DNA of 64,000 nucleotides from Nymphaea colorata (Eukaryota), in contig NC_045138.2 in NCBI RefSeq assembly GCF_008831285.2, positions 26,164,001 through 26,228,000 of the forward strand. The letters run 5' to 3'. This document shows, in pieces, positions 1 through 12,300 of this stretch. The notes beneath the pieces were generated by a model. The model was given only the letters and a program-made list of their open reading frames with translations, did no database searches and had not been told where the DNA came from. A program made the translations under genes and the position numbers. The first letter of the stretch is position 1, and every line of letters begins with the position of its first letter.

Positions 1-40
1 AATCAATTTGAAGCCACAAGATGGAGGATGATGACCTTAC

Positions 41-930
41 CTGATCTACGTCAATTTTGTAAGTGGTCACGTGCGGATACTTCTTACTCTGCTCTTCGAT
101 GATTGGAGCTATGAATTTGCCTGAAAATGAAACAAAGTTGAATGTCATATAAGAGTGGCTTCCGCCAACATCTATGGTGAGAGAGAGCTAGTGGAACCAT
201 ACAGAGGGTCAAAAATGTATAGAGCCAAAAGAAGATAGAGACAGACAGAGATAGAAGGGGGAAGCTGTCCACTTACAAGGCCCACACCAGACGGCAGTAA
301 AGTAGAAAATCGCAGCCGATCCATTATCTAAGACGAATCAAACAACTCACGAAAAAACAGCATAAGTGATTATAGACCAATGCCCTTGTCCCACGCGCTC
401 TTGTAGAACGCCAAAGGAGACAAACTTATAGGATGGTACCTTGAACCTTCTTGAGGGACTGGTTGAATTCATCTTCCGAGCTAATTAACTGAATATTTGA
501 AGGACCTGAAAATCGACACTTCTTGGTTATACAGTAAGATTCCATGCGTTGCAGATTGGCTCTCTAATGTAAAGGCGAAATTACCAAACGCAAATGGCAG
601 CAGAAGGCCAAACACCGCGACCTCGGACCATAGTCACAGGGAAGACAAGGAATGAGAAAGAGCAGAAAAAAAAGAAGAAATAAGGGGCTTACTTGAACCA
701 CTAGAATAGGTCCGAGAGCCCAGCGTGGAGAGGGCGAAGGGGACGGAGCGCGGCGGGGAAGAAGCGAAGATGGATGTCGGCTCAACAGCACCGGGGACGC
801 TGGGCTTGGCTGCGGAGGCGAGTGAGCGGAGGAGAGGTTGGTCGTCGGCAAGGGCGGAGCCTGACCGGACGAATCTGCGGAGAGAGAGGCATCGGAGTTG
901 AAGGCCGCGGGACACACACCTCTTCATCAT
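41..930 (-). CDS. TRXO: Thioredoxin o (mitochondrial-type), 3'-partial; exons 930-693, 505-440, 327-277, 120-41
   Basis: GT-AG exons join in frame: Arg/Ser-rich presequence-like MMKRCVSRGLQLRCLSLRRFVRS..., SPSNIQLISSEDEFNQSLKKVQ, DNGSAAIFYFTAVWCGPC, KFIAPIIEEQSKKYPHVTTYKIDVDQ. Canonical WCGPC active site. Remaining exons lie left of the window. Confidence 0.9.
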
Positions 931-2228
931 TTTCTCCGGCGGTCGGGACGACAACTCGAGCCCGATAAATTTTTTCGCACCGTTTTCCTCCTCCCTCCGG
1001 TTTCCCTCGCAAATGGCGGGCTGCGAGCTCGAGGGCCATCGCCTTCCTGACGTCGTCGCTTACGATAACTCGGCTCAGAGCTCGATGCAAACGGGTCGGA
1101 CCCTCACGTGAACATTATACCGATCCGATTTGACACGAAGGTCGAGATCGAACCTGATTAAATACAAATGTTGGATCTGATATTATGCTAATCGGATCTG
1201 AAATTGATTTAAAAAGAAGGTTTAATCTGAATCCGGATCAAAATTAGATCTGAATCCGAATGTCAAGAGAAGACATTCCTAGGTTCGGTTGGAGATCCAA
1301 ATAATCGATCTGATCTCATATGGGACTAAAAATTTGATAACATCAATATATGCTGAGATCAAGCTCCAAATTATTAGATCACCACCCTTGGCAAGGAGAC
1401 TTGGCTGTTTGACATGAAGAATATTATGTGGATATTCTATGAATTCACAAATATTGAGGCAGGTAGATTCATGACCAACTTGAATCAGGCATAGTATCGC
1501 TGATCAGGCTAGCGAGCCAATGAGAGTCCAGTCAACAGTTCGATTCTCGTGAATGCTATTCTTCTGAATTATAAACGATAACATGCACAATATCGAGTTA
1601 AAGGGTGTGTCATATGTCCACTAAGATCCCGAGAAGGGGAGTGGTTTTCGCCTCTCACCAAGAGAAAGGAGGAACAACATCTATAAGTTTCAAAATTTCT
1701 ATCTGAGCTAAATTAAATTTTCAAACTGCCCAACAGTGAAATTTTTATCAGATCTATAGATCCAAAAAAACTGATATTGCCTGATCACAAATGCCACCTG
1801 CCATCCCCATGCCAAGAACATGTCACAATTATATTGATTCTTGGGCCTCCAGAAAGTATGGGTTGCCTTGACTGAATCTTTCCATCCATGTGACTCCATG
1901 CTGTATCCAACAGCCAACAAAATCCAAAGATTGAAAATATCAAAAAAAAATAATCCAAAGACAAAATATATCCAATCCCCATTGTCTCATGGGTGGTTTT
2001 GATATAGAGATGCACCTGCTCTAGTCTAATCAGATTCACTATCAGATTAGAAAAAAAAAAAAAAACAAAAATATCCATCCACTCAGCTAATCAAGTATAT
2101 TCTATAAGTATAAAGAATATGAATTAATCATTGGATTGGTATTTGAATTAGTCTAATCAACAGTGGATGTAGATCTCCTTACCCTTTTATTAGCTTTTTT
2201 TTAAAAATATACGCATAATTTGTCTCTC

Positions 2229-2430
2229 CAAAGGCAAAGCCAGATGTGAGTATGTGCGGGCAACTGCCCGCACAATCTCACAAAATATATATATTTACAT
2301 ATTAGTTTGCCCGAAGTATTTTGCTCATTCATACACTAGTGCCCCTCAATTATTTAGTGATTCTTATTTGGTGCCTCTTAACGGGTCTAATTTGTTTTGT
2401 TTTTAAAAAAAAATTCTAACTCCGCCCCTG
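2229..2430. mobile_element. Degenerate ~200-bp MITE (CAGGGGCGGAG-type TIR family)
   Basis: Right end CTCCGCCCCTG; degraded left end CAAAGGCAAAGCC; AT-rich interior. Related ends occur at 25852-26073 and near 25138 and 32850. No clean TSD. Confidence 0.4.
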
Positions 2431-2722
2431 CTTTCTCATCTCGACAAGTTGGGGTTAGATGAATATCTACTAGATTATATCAATTGGATCAATTGAGGCA
2501 AGGGCGAAGTCAAGATTTTTTTTTTTTTTTTTGAGGTCTAATGGTCTAGAACCAAATGCCTCATAGGCCAATTAAGATTTTTCAAAATTTTATCGGGTGC
2601 CAAAATAAAAATTTTGGGAATATTAGCAGTAAAATTTTATTTTGTCATAGCACCACTGTGGTTCGGAAAATATCAACTTTGTTAAACAGTGCTGAGAATA
2701 TATTATTTTCCATTGGGGATGC

Positions 2723-2723
<1 letters not shown>

Positions 2724-2774
<51 letters not shown>
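2724..2774. repeat. (AG)n microsatellite
   Basis: Uninterrupted AG dinucleotide run. Confidence 0.97.
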
Positions 2775-2777
<3 letters not shown>

Positions 2778-5700
2778 CTGTTGTTGATCATAATTCATAA
2801 GTGAGGGGAAAATTTCTCTAATAAGGTTGGAGCTGCTGTCTCTACTTTTTAGTACATGCCAATGTGCCTATAATTGGGTATGGGCAGAAATGAGTTGATG
2901 ATAAGAGAGATTCATATAGATGCAAGATTGAAATAAATCTTACTACTTTTAAGATGAATGAGGAGCACTAATTGAGACAACTGGAGAAAAATAATTGACA
3001 AAGAATTGTTGGTAGTCTAAATTTTTAGTTTCCTCAAAAGTTAAAATGATACCTCTCCACCAAGAACAATCATAAATCTCTGAATTTATGACTCATATAA
3101 AAAATAATGTGTATGTGTATGTCTATAAACTGACAGGTAGTAAACACTTAGATACTAGACAGATACAAAACAACATTATTGACAATTGGGATAAAAACAA
3201 AGACAAAAAACTGATAAACATTTTTGTCATTTAATATTAGTTCACTTTTTTTTTTGTTTTTATTTCAACCACCGATCTAAAAAAATCAAGGGTTGAGATT
3301 GTCACTTATCTGTCTATTATATATATATATTTTATATATATATATACCAACCCATGTTTGGGTTATGACAGTAAGGCCTAACCAAGTAGGTAGACCATTA
3401 GATGCATTAATGGACAAGTTTTGTAGCTGGATATTTAGGCAAACTTCCAAATGAAATGGTATAGCATTGGCTTTATTAATCAGTAATGTTCATTCATTAA
3501 TTTAATAAAGAGAATCTACTCAAGATCCATACAACAAGGACCATCAAGTGTCAATATTTTGCACATCAAGTGACTTCTTGAAGGGAAAAGATCTTTATCT
3601 GAAGCTACGGATTGTACATGCTTGATAAAATAGAAGACCCATATTGGAAAAGAAATCCGGATATGTTGGATCCAGAACTGAAAAGAGTTCCCAGGTCTTT
3701 GTTATTGCCCATGCATAACTAGATCTGGTTCGTGATCTGGATAGGGGACTTCGTGATAGATCCAAATCCAAATGCCTTTTCTATGCACTCGTCTTTGTCG
3801 TTTGGCATTTAAACTGACATGGATCTGGATTTGGGTCAGAAAAAGCAGTGGGACGTGGTCAGGCAGATCGGGCGTCCGTCCAATTTGTAAAATACTGACA
3901 GCTGTACGTTCTAGGTGTTCCCAGGTAGTTTGTACGTGAGTGGTCATGTATACGGTTCTTAGTATATATATATATATATATATGAAAATTGACTGGTGCA
4001 CCCAACTATTTAAAAAAGACTGTGGCATGATCGATGATTAAAATAGAAAAAAAATATGATGGATATTTTCATTAGCTATGTCACCAAGATGGGGTGTTGG
4101 TGCGGGTGTGCGGGTGCCGGTGTGGTACATCTCAAAAAATTTAAGTGTGGCGGTGTGGTTAGAATATTTGTTATAAAAACCCAAAAAATGAACTGAAATA
4201 AACGTGGTGCGGTTTGAGAGCGAATCTGGGTTGCACCTGCACCCACGTCGCGTTTTCTTTTCTGCCACACCCTGGTGACTGTATTGATTAGTGCATATTT
4301 TTTATATTTGTTTTCAACCATTTTTATTCAAATGAATATCTATAGTTAAAATGACAAATAAGCAGATCAAGAAGCATATTATCATTGGATACAATTCAAG
4401 TTAAGTTTTAAGCTGAAGGATGAACCACTGCGATTGTTAAAATCGACGCAACCTAAAACTCTATAAGCACAGAAAATCGGACGTCGTCCGACTCTGTTCC
4501 GAACAGTGGATCGTAATCCTCTCGCTCACCTAAAAAGCGTATTATGGTAAAAATGAATCAACCCACATGACCTGAATACCAAGGCAAGGTACAAAGGATA
4601 CGTGCTCATGGGGTCATCTCGGCTGTATCGAATCCTGACCGGCGACCAAATCTACTTCACATAAATGAAATGTTACCAAAAGCAAAGAAGGTAGCCATTA
4701 ATGGATGCTGAGTGTTGTACTTAATACTTTACATTGGAGTTGTTTGGAGCTTGAAAAAGACTGTTTTAACGGGCGCTTGGGTTAAATTTCTTCATTTAAC
4801 TCGTGAAATTCAATTTAGATATCAAATTTATTTTTGTATTTTTCATGTCTGCATTTTGTTATATGATTAGATTTATGAAAATGATTTAGAATACAGGGAA
4901 ACAAAGCTAGGAGACATTTGAAGAGAATAAAATACTCCTGGTGGTTAACCGAAGGAGAATCTTTTTGGAAGACGAATTCTATAAATCTTACACGAAACCG
5001 ATCCAACCTCCTATAGGCCAATATCTTAATAGAACAATAATATACTTTTTAAAATTTCAAGATACCAAGTATAACCCAAAGAATTTTTTTCAATAATAAA
5101 GGCAGGAGTCTATCTCCCAGCATCATTTCCTATTGAAAGTACAACCAATGAATATGGGCCAATATATTATCCATACAAGATAAACCCACATTCACAGCAC
5201 TTCATAAAGGTTCACTTATTAAGATTTGAAGAAGTTGAGATCTAAGAAATTCAGATCTACTGTCCTTCCATCCAACTGTTCCATCAATTATGATGGACTA
5301 TTAAAAAAAACAATAAAAAGTTGCTGAACTCTGAGTAATTTTTGATAGTCAGTATATATATATATATATATAGCTGCCCACGATTCATGACTTGTGAACA
5401 ACTTTGCTTCTTAATGAATGATGAGTCAGGCCTGTCTGGTTTGTTGGGTTGGGAATGATTTGGTTGAGTAAATGAACCTTTCTAGATCTACATCTTGAAA
5501 GTTGAAACAAATTATAGCTCACAAGAAACTTCGATTCTCTTTCTGAGAATTAACTTCTCCCCTTGTGATTCACTTTTCACCTCACATTGCCTTCTCCAAT
5601 CTCATTGGCTAATCAGCTAATGCATTTTTTTTTTTCAGAACATTCTTCTCTTTCCTTTCACTTCACCTACATCATCTTTCCATCTGAAAGCAACTGCTGA

Positions 5701-6395
5701 AGCTGGATGCTTAGAAATGAAAGGAAAGAAGGAGAAAAACCACCAAATGGTGGACCCAGATCTACCTCATTTTGTCAAAGCGCAAGTTCTGATGATGAAA
5801 TCTCAGCCTTTTTCTTCGAAACCTTGCGTCATCCTCCTCGAAATCAAGCAACCAACACCAAAATAAAGAGTTACGCACAATAAATCCATCTGATAACTCA
5901 ACATTTTTTTATCTCTTTGCTGTTCTCTTTACATGTTTATCCTTGTGGAAGCTGAAACACACGTACCAAAAAGAAGAACAGTGAAAAAGAAAGCTAGAAG
6001 ATGGAGATCAATCATGGAAAGAGAGAGAATCGATCTGTTTCAAGTTTTACGTGAAAAAGCAGAATAAAACGAAGAAGACGGCGACGTTTTGCTGAGAGCG
6101 CGGGAGAGCGCGTTTCCCCTGACATTTGTGGAGGTCATTAGCGGGAAGTGTAGGGCCAAATCGGAGATTGTGGAATGAAGGGGGAGAGGGAGAGAGAAAT
6201 AGGGAGGGGCGGATGTCGGTTGCCACCAGCATATCATTTCGGTTGAGCTGGCCTTCTTCCGTGCCCTCCTCTGCTTCAGTCTCACCTTCGTCTTCTTCTG
6301 TGCTTTCATTTTTGTTTCTCCGCCTCTACTGTTCTTCTGCTCTGCGTTCTCCCTCTTGGTTTGCTTCTGTTGAATCGGAGGGAGAGAGGGCGAAG

Positions 6396-9300
6396 ATGGT
6401 GTTGGCGACCGGCCCCCCACAGTCTCTGGTCGAGAGGCTCAAGGACTACGGACAGGAGGACGTCTTCACCCTCTGGGATGACCTATCCCCTGAAGAGCGC
6501 GACCTCCTCGTCAAGGACATTGAGGTTCGTGCCTTCTTGTTTTGTTTTCGCTTTTGTTTTTTTTTCTTTCTGTTGTTCGTTCTCTCAGATCCCATGAATT
6601 TTGGTTGTTTACGTATTTTTGTTGTATCTCAGAACGTTGAGGTCGTTGTCTCTTTGTTGCATGCATGCTTGTTTGTTGGTAGATCTTTTGATTGTTGTTG
6701 GGTTGGGGGGCGAAAGAAGTTGGGCGCTTTCACTGGTTTTTAGTAGATCTGCGTGGTTCTGTTTTCTCATTGATTTAATTCTCTTTTGTTTGTCGGTGGT
6801 GATGCTTGTTCAGAGCTTGGATCTTCCGAGGTTGGATCGGATCATTCGTTGCTCTCTCCGCTCTCAAGGCACGGACTCCTTCCTACACGTGGTTTTGAAG
6901 ATTCCTTCGCGATTTTTGGAGAGTTTGATTGAGAAATCTTCAGAATTGTCGAGTTTATATATGCAACTTTCGGTTTTTCTGCCTACAAATTGTGGGGATC
7001 TTGTCTGGTGTCTGGAGGAAATGCTGACTGGATAAAAACGGGTTATTTTTCTAGGTAACCCTTCACCGAAGCTTGAGCCTGTGCCAGAGTCAAGTGTTTC
7101 AATGGCGGAGGAGAGGACTATGGAAGAGAGGGAGAGGTGGTGGAAGATGGGTTTGAAAGCTATCTCCGAGGGGAAATTGGGTGTTCTGCTTTTGTCCGGA
7201 GGGCAGGTATTCCTGGGTTTTTCGTGTATGATTTTTCCATTTTCATTTTTTAAAACCTTTTGGATTCATCTACCATGTTTGTGTTATCTAATTGGCCAAG
7301 TTCTGGCAAGGTGTAACTTCCCCAGATTCATCTACCATGTTTGTGTTATCTAATTGGCCAAGTTCTGGCAAGGTGTAACTTCCCCATTCAGCTCGTGTTT
7401 ATAATGTGCCTGCATGGCTAGTTGATTTAGAGAATAGGATAGCTTAAGAACGTTAGGTCAAGAATCTGTGTTTTCTTATCATATGTCTTTGAAAAGCATA
7501 GTTGAACTCATTTTTCTATTGTTTGGTTGCAGTAGATGTGTTGCTGATACCATAATTATGTCTAAATGTTCTTCTCAAAGATCTCGACTTCTATTCAAAT
7601 ACCATGAGCTATTTGAGATACTTTTCTAGATGGCTGTGATGAGCACATTGTTTCTTTATAGTGAATCTAATTCTTAATATCGATCAAGTTGAGAATTATG
7701 ATGTAACTGTGAATATTTTACTATATTGATACAGGTGTTATTTGTGCACCTAATTTTGAGTTTGAATTTTGAATGGAAGTTCACATTACTGGAGCATTGG
7801 ATGATACTTATTGCTTCTCTAACTGTATGTTCAAATCAATTATAGGGCACAAGACTTGGAAGTTCAGACCCCAAGGGATGCTTCAGTAAGTCCCTCCTTG
7901 CATTTCTCAAACTAGTGTTACATATTATATCGTTAAAATAGCCCCAAGGGGGTTTAGTGTAGTGAAGTTGGCTATGGCTGTTAGACAGACAGTCATGATT
8001 TGAGCTCTGTAGGCGTCATGTCTCCACAGAATCTGGAACATCTAGAGGGCCTGAGGGCAGGAATACTGACCATGGGATTTTATGACCCTGGGTGAGCAAC
8101 TAAGTCTCTGGACACAGTTTCACCTGCATAATAAATAAAAACAGGAAATACTCTACATGTGTATAAATATTTGGATTATGACATGCAGGTCTTGCACATG
8201 TATCATTTGAGACTTTCATGTAAAGTTTCATGCATCAGCAAGCTGTGGTAGATCAAATAGTGGTTGCACGTTTTGAATTTACTAAAATATCTTTCACTCT
8301 CTGTCTGTGCATACCTATTTTACTTATACTTAATTATCTACGTTTTGAATTTACTAAATTATCTTTCACTCTTTGTCCGTCCATACCAATTTTACTTATA
8401 CCTAATTATTTTCTTTGTTTAGCTAAAAGTTCTTTACTTGCTTTCTATGAGCTTGAAGACTAAGTGGAACCTTTAGGAGTGACTGAGTCTCATATTGTTT
8501 TTGAACTTGCACCAGTCTAGGTAGTCATATTGAAGTTGTTCAATAATATTAATAATGTCTGTCAACAAACTTGTAATTTTTTGAACATGTGTCCTGCTGG
8601 ACTAGGCATTCTATAATTTGGAACCTTATTTGATACCATTTCAGATATTGGGCTTCCTTCAGGAAAGTCACTGTTTCAACTTCAGGCAGAGAGAATATTA
8701 TGTGTTCAGAAACTTGCAGCTCAGTCTGTAGCAGAAGGTACGAGCTTGTGCCCCATTGCTATTGTATCTAGTATCCTTTACCATGTCTAATTGCTTCTCC
8801 TTTCAGGCTCTGGCATTTGTTTACCTATCCACTGGTACATCATGACTAGCCCCTTTACTGATGATGCTACGCGCAAGTTTTTTGAGAGCCATAGGTACTT
8901 TGGCCTGGAAGCAGACCAAGTATGAGTAAATTCTAACTAATTTATCTGGATTTGCTGAATGCTTCCACAGTACGTACTTATGAATCTTTTGAATGCAGAT
9001 TAGTTTCTTCCAACAGGGAACTATTCCTTGTGTAACCAAAGATGGCAAGTTTATAATGGAGACTCCATACAAGGTTTGTTAGCTTGTTGCTGTTGTTTTG
9101 TTGTTCATAAAGCCATTGTTTTGTTGTTCATAATCTGTATGCTTTTGCTGTCGTTGTTGCACTATTAGTTTATTATCCTTTGAAGGTCACAGACATAATT
9201 TTATAATATGGAAGTTTCTTTGTAATGGATTTGAATCTGGCATCAGGAAGGATTATTAATTCAAATTAGAATAGGTGAATAGCTATCAGGCGAAAGAAGA

Positions 9301-12300
9301 CCTCCATACTGTTGAAGCCTTGAAGGGCTTTGGCCCTTAAAAAGTAAGCAACTGTAAACCAAATCTAGATAGTTACATAGTCATGACATTGTTTTTATGT
9401 GATAAACTTCGTTTGTTTTGTTAAAATCACATTTTTTTGGTGTGCTTCTGATTGTTTAAACTTTAAACTTTAAAGCTCTACCTTTTGCAGATTGTGTCTG
9501 ATTGAGTTGTGTTTGACATGGCCCGTAGATGGGTTCTCCTATGAAATAACCTTGTTATGCTAGATTACAGTTTGAATGGTTACTAAAGATGTCCATGAGT
9601 TTGAAAAATGCTTTTTTTAGTACTTTTTTCACACGTTTTAGATGGCCTATCTTTATTTATTATTATTAATTTTAGAGCCATTTTTAGTTTATTCTTGATC
9701 TTATTGTTTATGGCATATCATAATGTCAGTTACTCTGTGTGATTGCATAAATTCTTCATGAAGTAACTTGGAGCTTCTGTTGCTTCAAATTTTCAATCTA
9801 TGTTGGAAATCACTTTGATTGTCATGTGTAGACAAAAGCTATCTAATTTGTAGTAGAATGAAATCCTAGCCATCTCACGAGATCTGAGAGTTGTCTGAAG
9901 GCATCCTATTGATCTTGCTGATGGTTGCCATCTTTCTCTTTTTGATACCTTTCATTGTCTTGTTTCATGATGTTTCCCTATTTTTAATGCACAATCCATC
10001 TTGCAAACCAGGTGGCAAAAGCACCAGATGGAAATGGAGGAGTTTATGCTGGTCTGTGAACTTCACTTAACTTTGCTTAAACTTAATCTTTTATTTATCA
10101 CAGCGATTATGTTGTCTCATCAGAAGGTAATTGTTTGCATGGTTGCATCTTAACAGCATTGAAGTGTTCAAGGCTGTTAGAAGATATGGCAATGCGAGGG
10201 ATCCGATATTTGGATTGTTATGGAGTTGACAATGCACTGGTCAGAGGCCTTTCCATTAAAGAATTTGATTAATTTATGATCCTATTGAAGTAATAGTGAA
10301 TTTTTAATGCAGGTCCGAGTTGCTGATCCTACATTCTTGGGTTATTTCATTGATAAAGGTGTGTCTGCAGCAGCAAAAGTTGTTCGGAAGGTAACTGAAT
10401 TGTATCATTTGGTTTGTTAGCGCAGCATCAGTTTCTTTTTTGACCAGCCAATTTGTCACTTTAAATATAAAAATGTTCCTTGGACAGTTTCGTGAGGATG
10501 TTATGTTATGGAACATTATGTCCAACAATAAATTATACTGCCTATCTTTTCGCACAAAAATAAGCAAAAAGCTGGGAGCCGTTCATGAATCAGATCAAAA
10601 TCAAGGGATCTTTCTAATTTCTAACTTTCTACCAAACATTGGCAGATGAAGGCCATCATTCCTATCATTCTCTAGCAATAATGTGCTATTGTACTAAGTA
10701 GAAGCTATAAAAATGGTTAAGATGGTGGTGCATGGAAAGATGAAGAGTAATTTTTTACTGTACATTTTCCTGGTGGCTTCAGTTATATGCAAGGATAGAG
10801 TAGGGTTTAGTAGATCCATGCATGGGGATATGTATGTACTGTTTTTCAGGCTCAATCTTATGTCTGATTTACTTGACAAGTAGGAATAATGAAGATGCTA
10901 ACATAGCTATGTTTTGTACATGCATATACATGTGGCCTCACAGTTTTACTTAACTTGTAATACTCATTCATCTAATTTGCTGGAGAAGCAGGCGTACCCA
11001 CAAGAGAAGGTTGGTGTGTTTGTTCAACGAGGAAAAGGTGGCCCTCTTTCTGTTATTGAGTATAGCGAAATGGATCCAGAGATGGCATGTGATATTAATC
11101 AAAGCACAGGCAGGCTACGGTATTGTTGGAGTAATGTACGTTCCTCGGCTGATTTTTGTTGTTCAAATTATTCTGCAACCTGGAATTGTTGCATGAGCAT
11201 TTGTATCCATGATTGGCTTCTGGGTTTGATCATCTATGATGGTATCTCTGGTAAAGGCTCACAAAAGTATCTGTCATGCTCTTATTGAAAAAGGGGGGTT
11301 GCTTATTAGTTATGGTTTCTCTTTTTTATATGGTGCTTTTTCATCATGTGAGAGAACCAATTAATTGTGCTGGTCAAGATTGTCTTTCTTTCATATGTCC
11401 AGTCCTGGTGCCTATGAAGTATGGACATGAAATATTCCAAATTCTCTGTGATAATAGTTACCCTCTTGGAATTCCTTGGCTGTAGGATTAGATCATGAAT
11501 GATGCTTTGTTAATCTATTCATCTTACGTGCCATTCTGGAGAACTTTTAAATCTCAATTATTTTTTTGCATCTTTAATTTGCTGAATGTGAATAACCAAT
11601 CTTGGGTTTGTTTACACATCTTTTTTCTTTGTGTTTATCAGGTATGTCTGCATATGTTCACTTTGGATTTCCTGGTTCAAGTAGCAAATGGCCTTGAAAA
11701 GGATGCCACGTGAGTTGTCTGCCTGCTCTACCTTGCCTCATTTAGTTCTCCCACTTCATAAATATTTTGTAGTAAAAACCCTGAAGCGGAGTGGCATGAG
11801 TTCCTCTTCTACTAAGTAACTGGATGGTGTTAGGTAAAATTCAGAGTAGCTGTTTGCTAATGTAACACCTGCTTCTTGAATTGCTTTCATGAGTTTCATC
11901 ATATACCTATGTAAAAATTGGTGGTGTGACAACATTTCACATGTTTCTTTTAAAATGTTCTTAGTTCAATGCAATGTGTATCTGTATTAGCATATGATTT
12001 AAAACTTATTTCCTTGGATCCCTTAAAAGGAATATTATCTCATAATCGTAAAAAAAACATGTCCTGTAACACCCCAGAAATTTAGTCCTCTATCGAAAAT
12101 TGTGAGGGATCTTCAAAGGTTTATAAAGGGGGTCATTACCATAAATAGTTGTCCTGGTTCCTAGCTTTTTTAAGGCTGGAGCTGAAACGGCTAGGGGGCG
12201 GGTCCGCCAGACTAGGGGTCCGAGCCCAGGAATGGGTCGGGTTGTTATAGTGGTATCAGAGCCGGTTTCAACACTCGGACCTAAGGTCCCACACGCGTGG

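Noticed and set aside
564..1090. Overlapping ORFs around the thioredoxin first exon
   Set aside because: Alternative frames of a GC-rich exon and promoter; only the frame from ATG 930 splices into WCGPC.
1090..1390. ATCCG/GATC-rich stretch resembling hAT subterminal repeats (similar ones near 3710-3850, 20908-21000, 23760-24250 and 29775-30075)
   Set aside because: Probably decayed MITEs, but I could not establish paired TIRs or TSDs.
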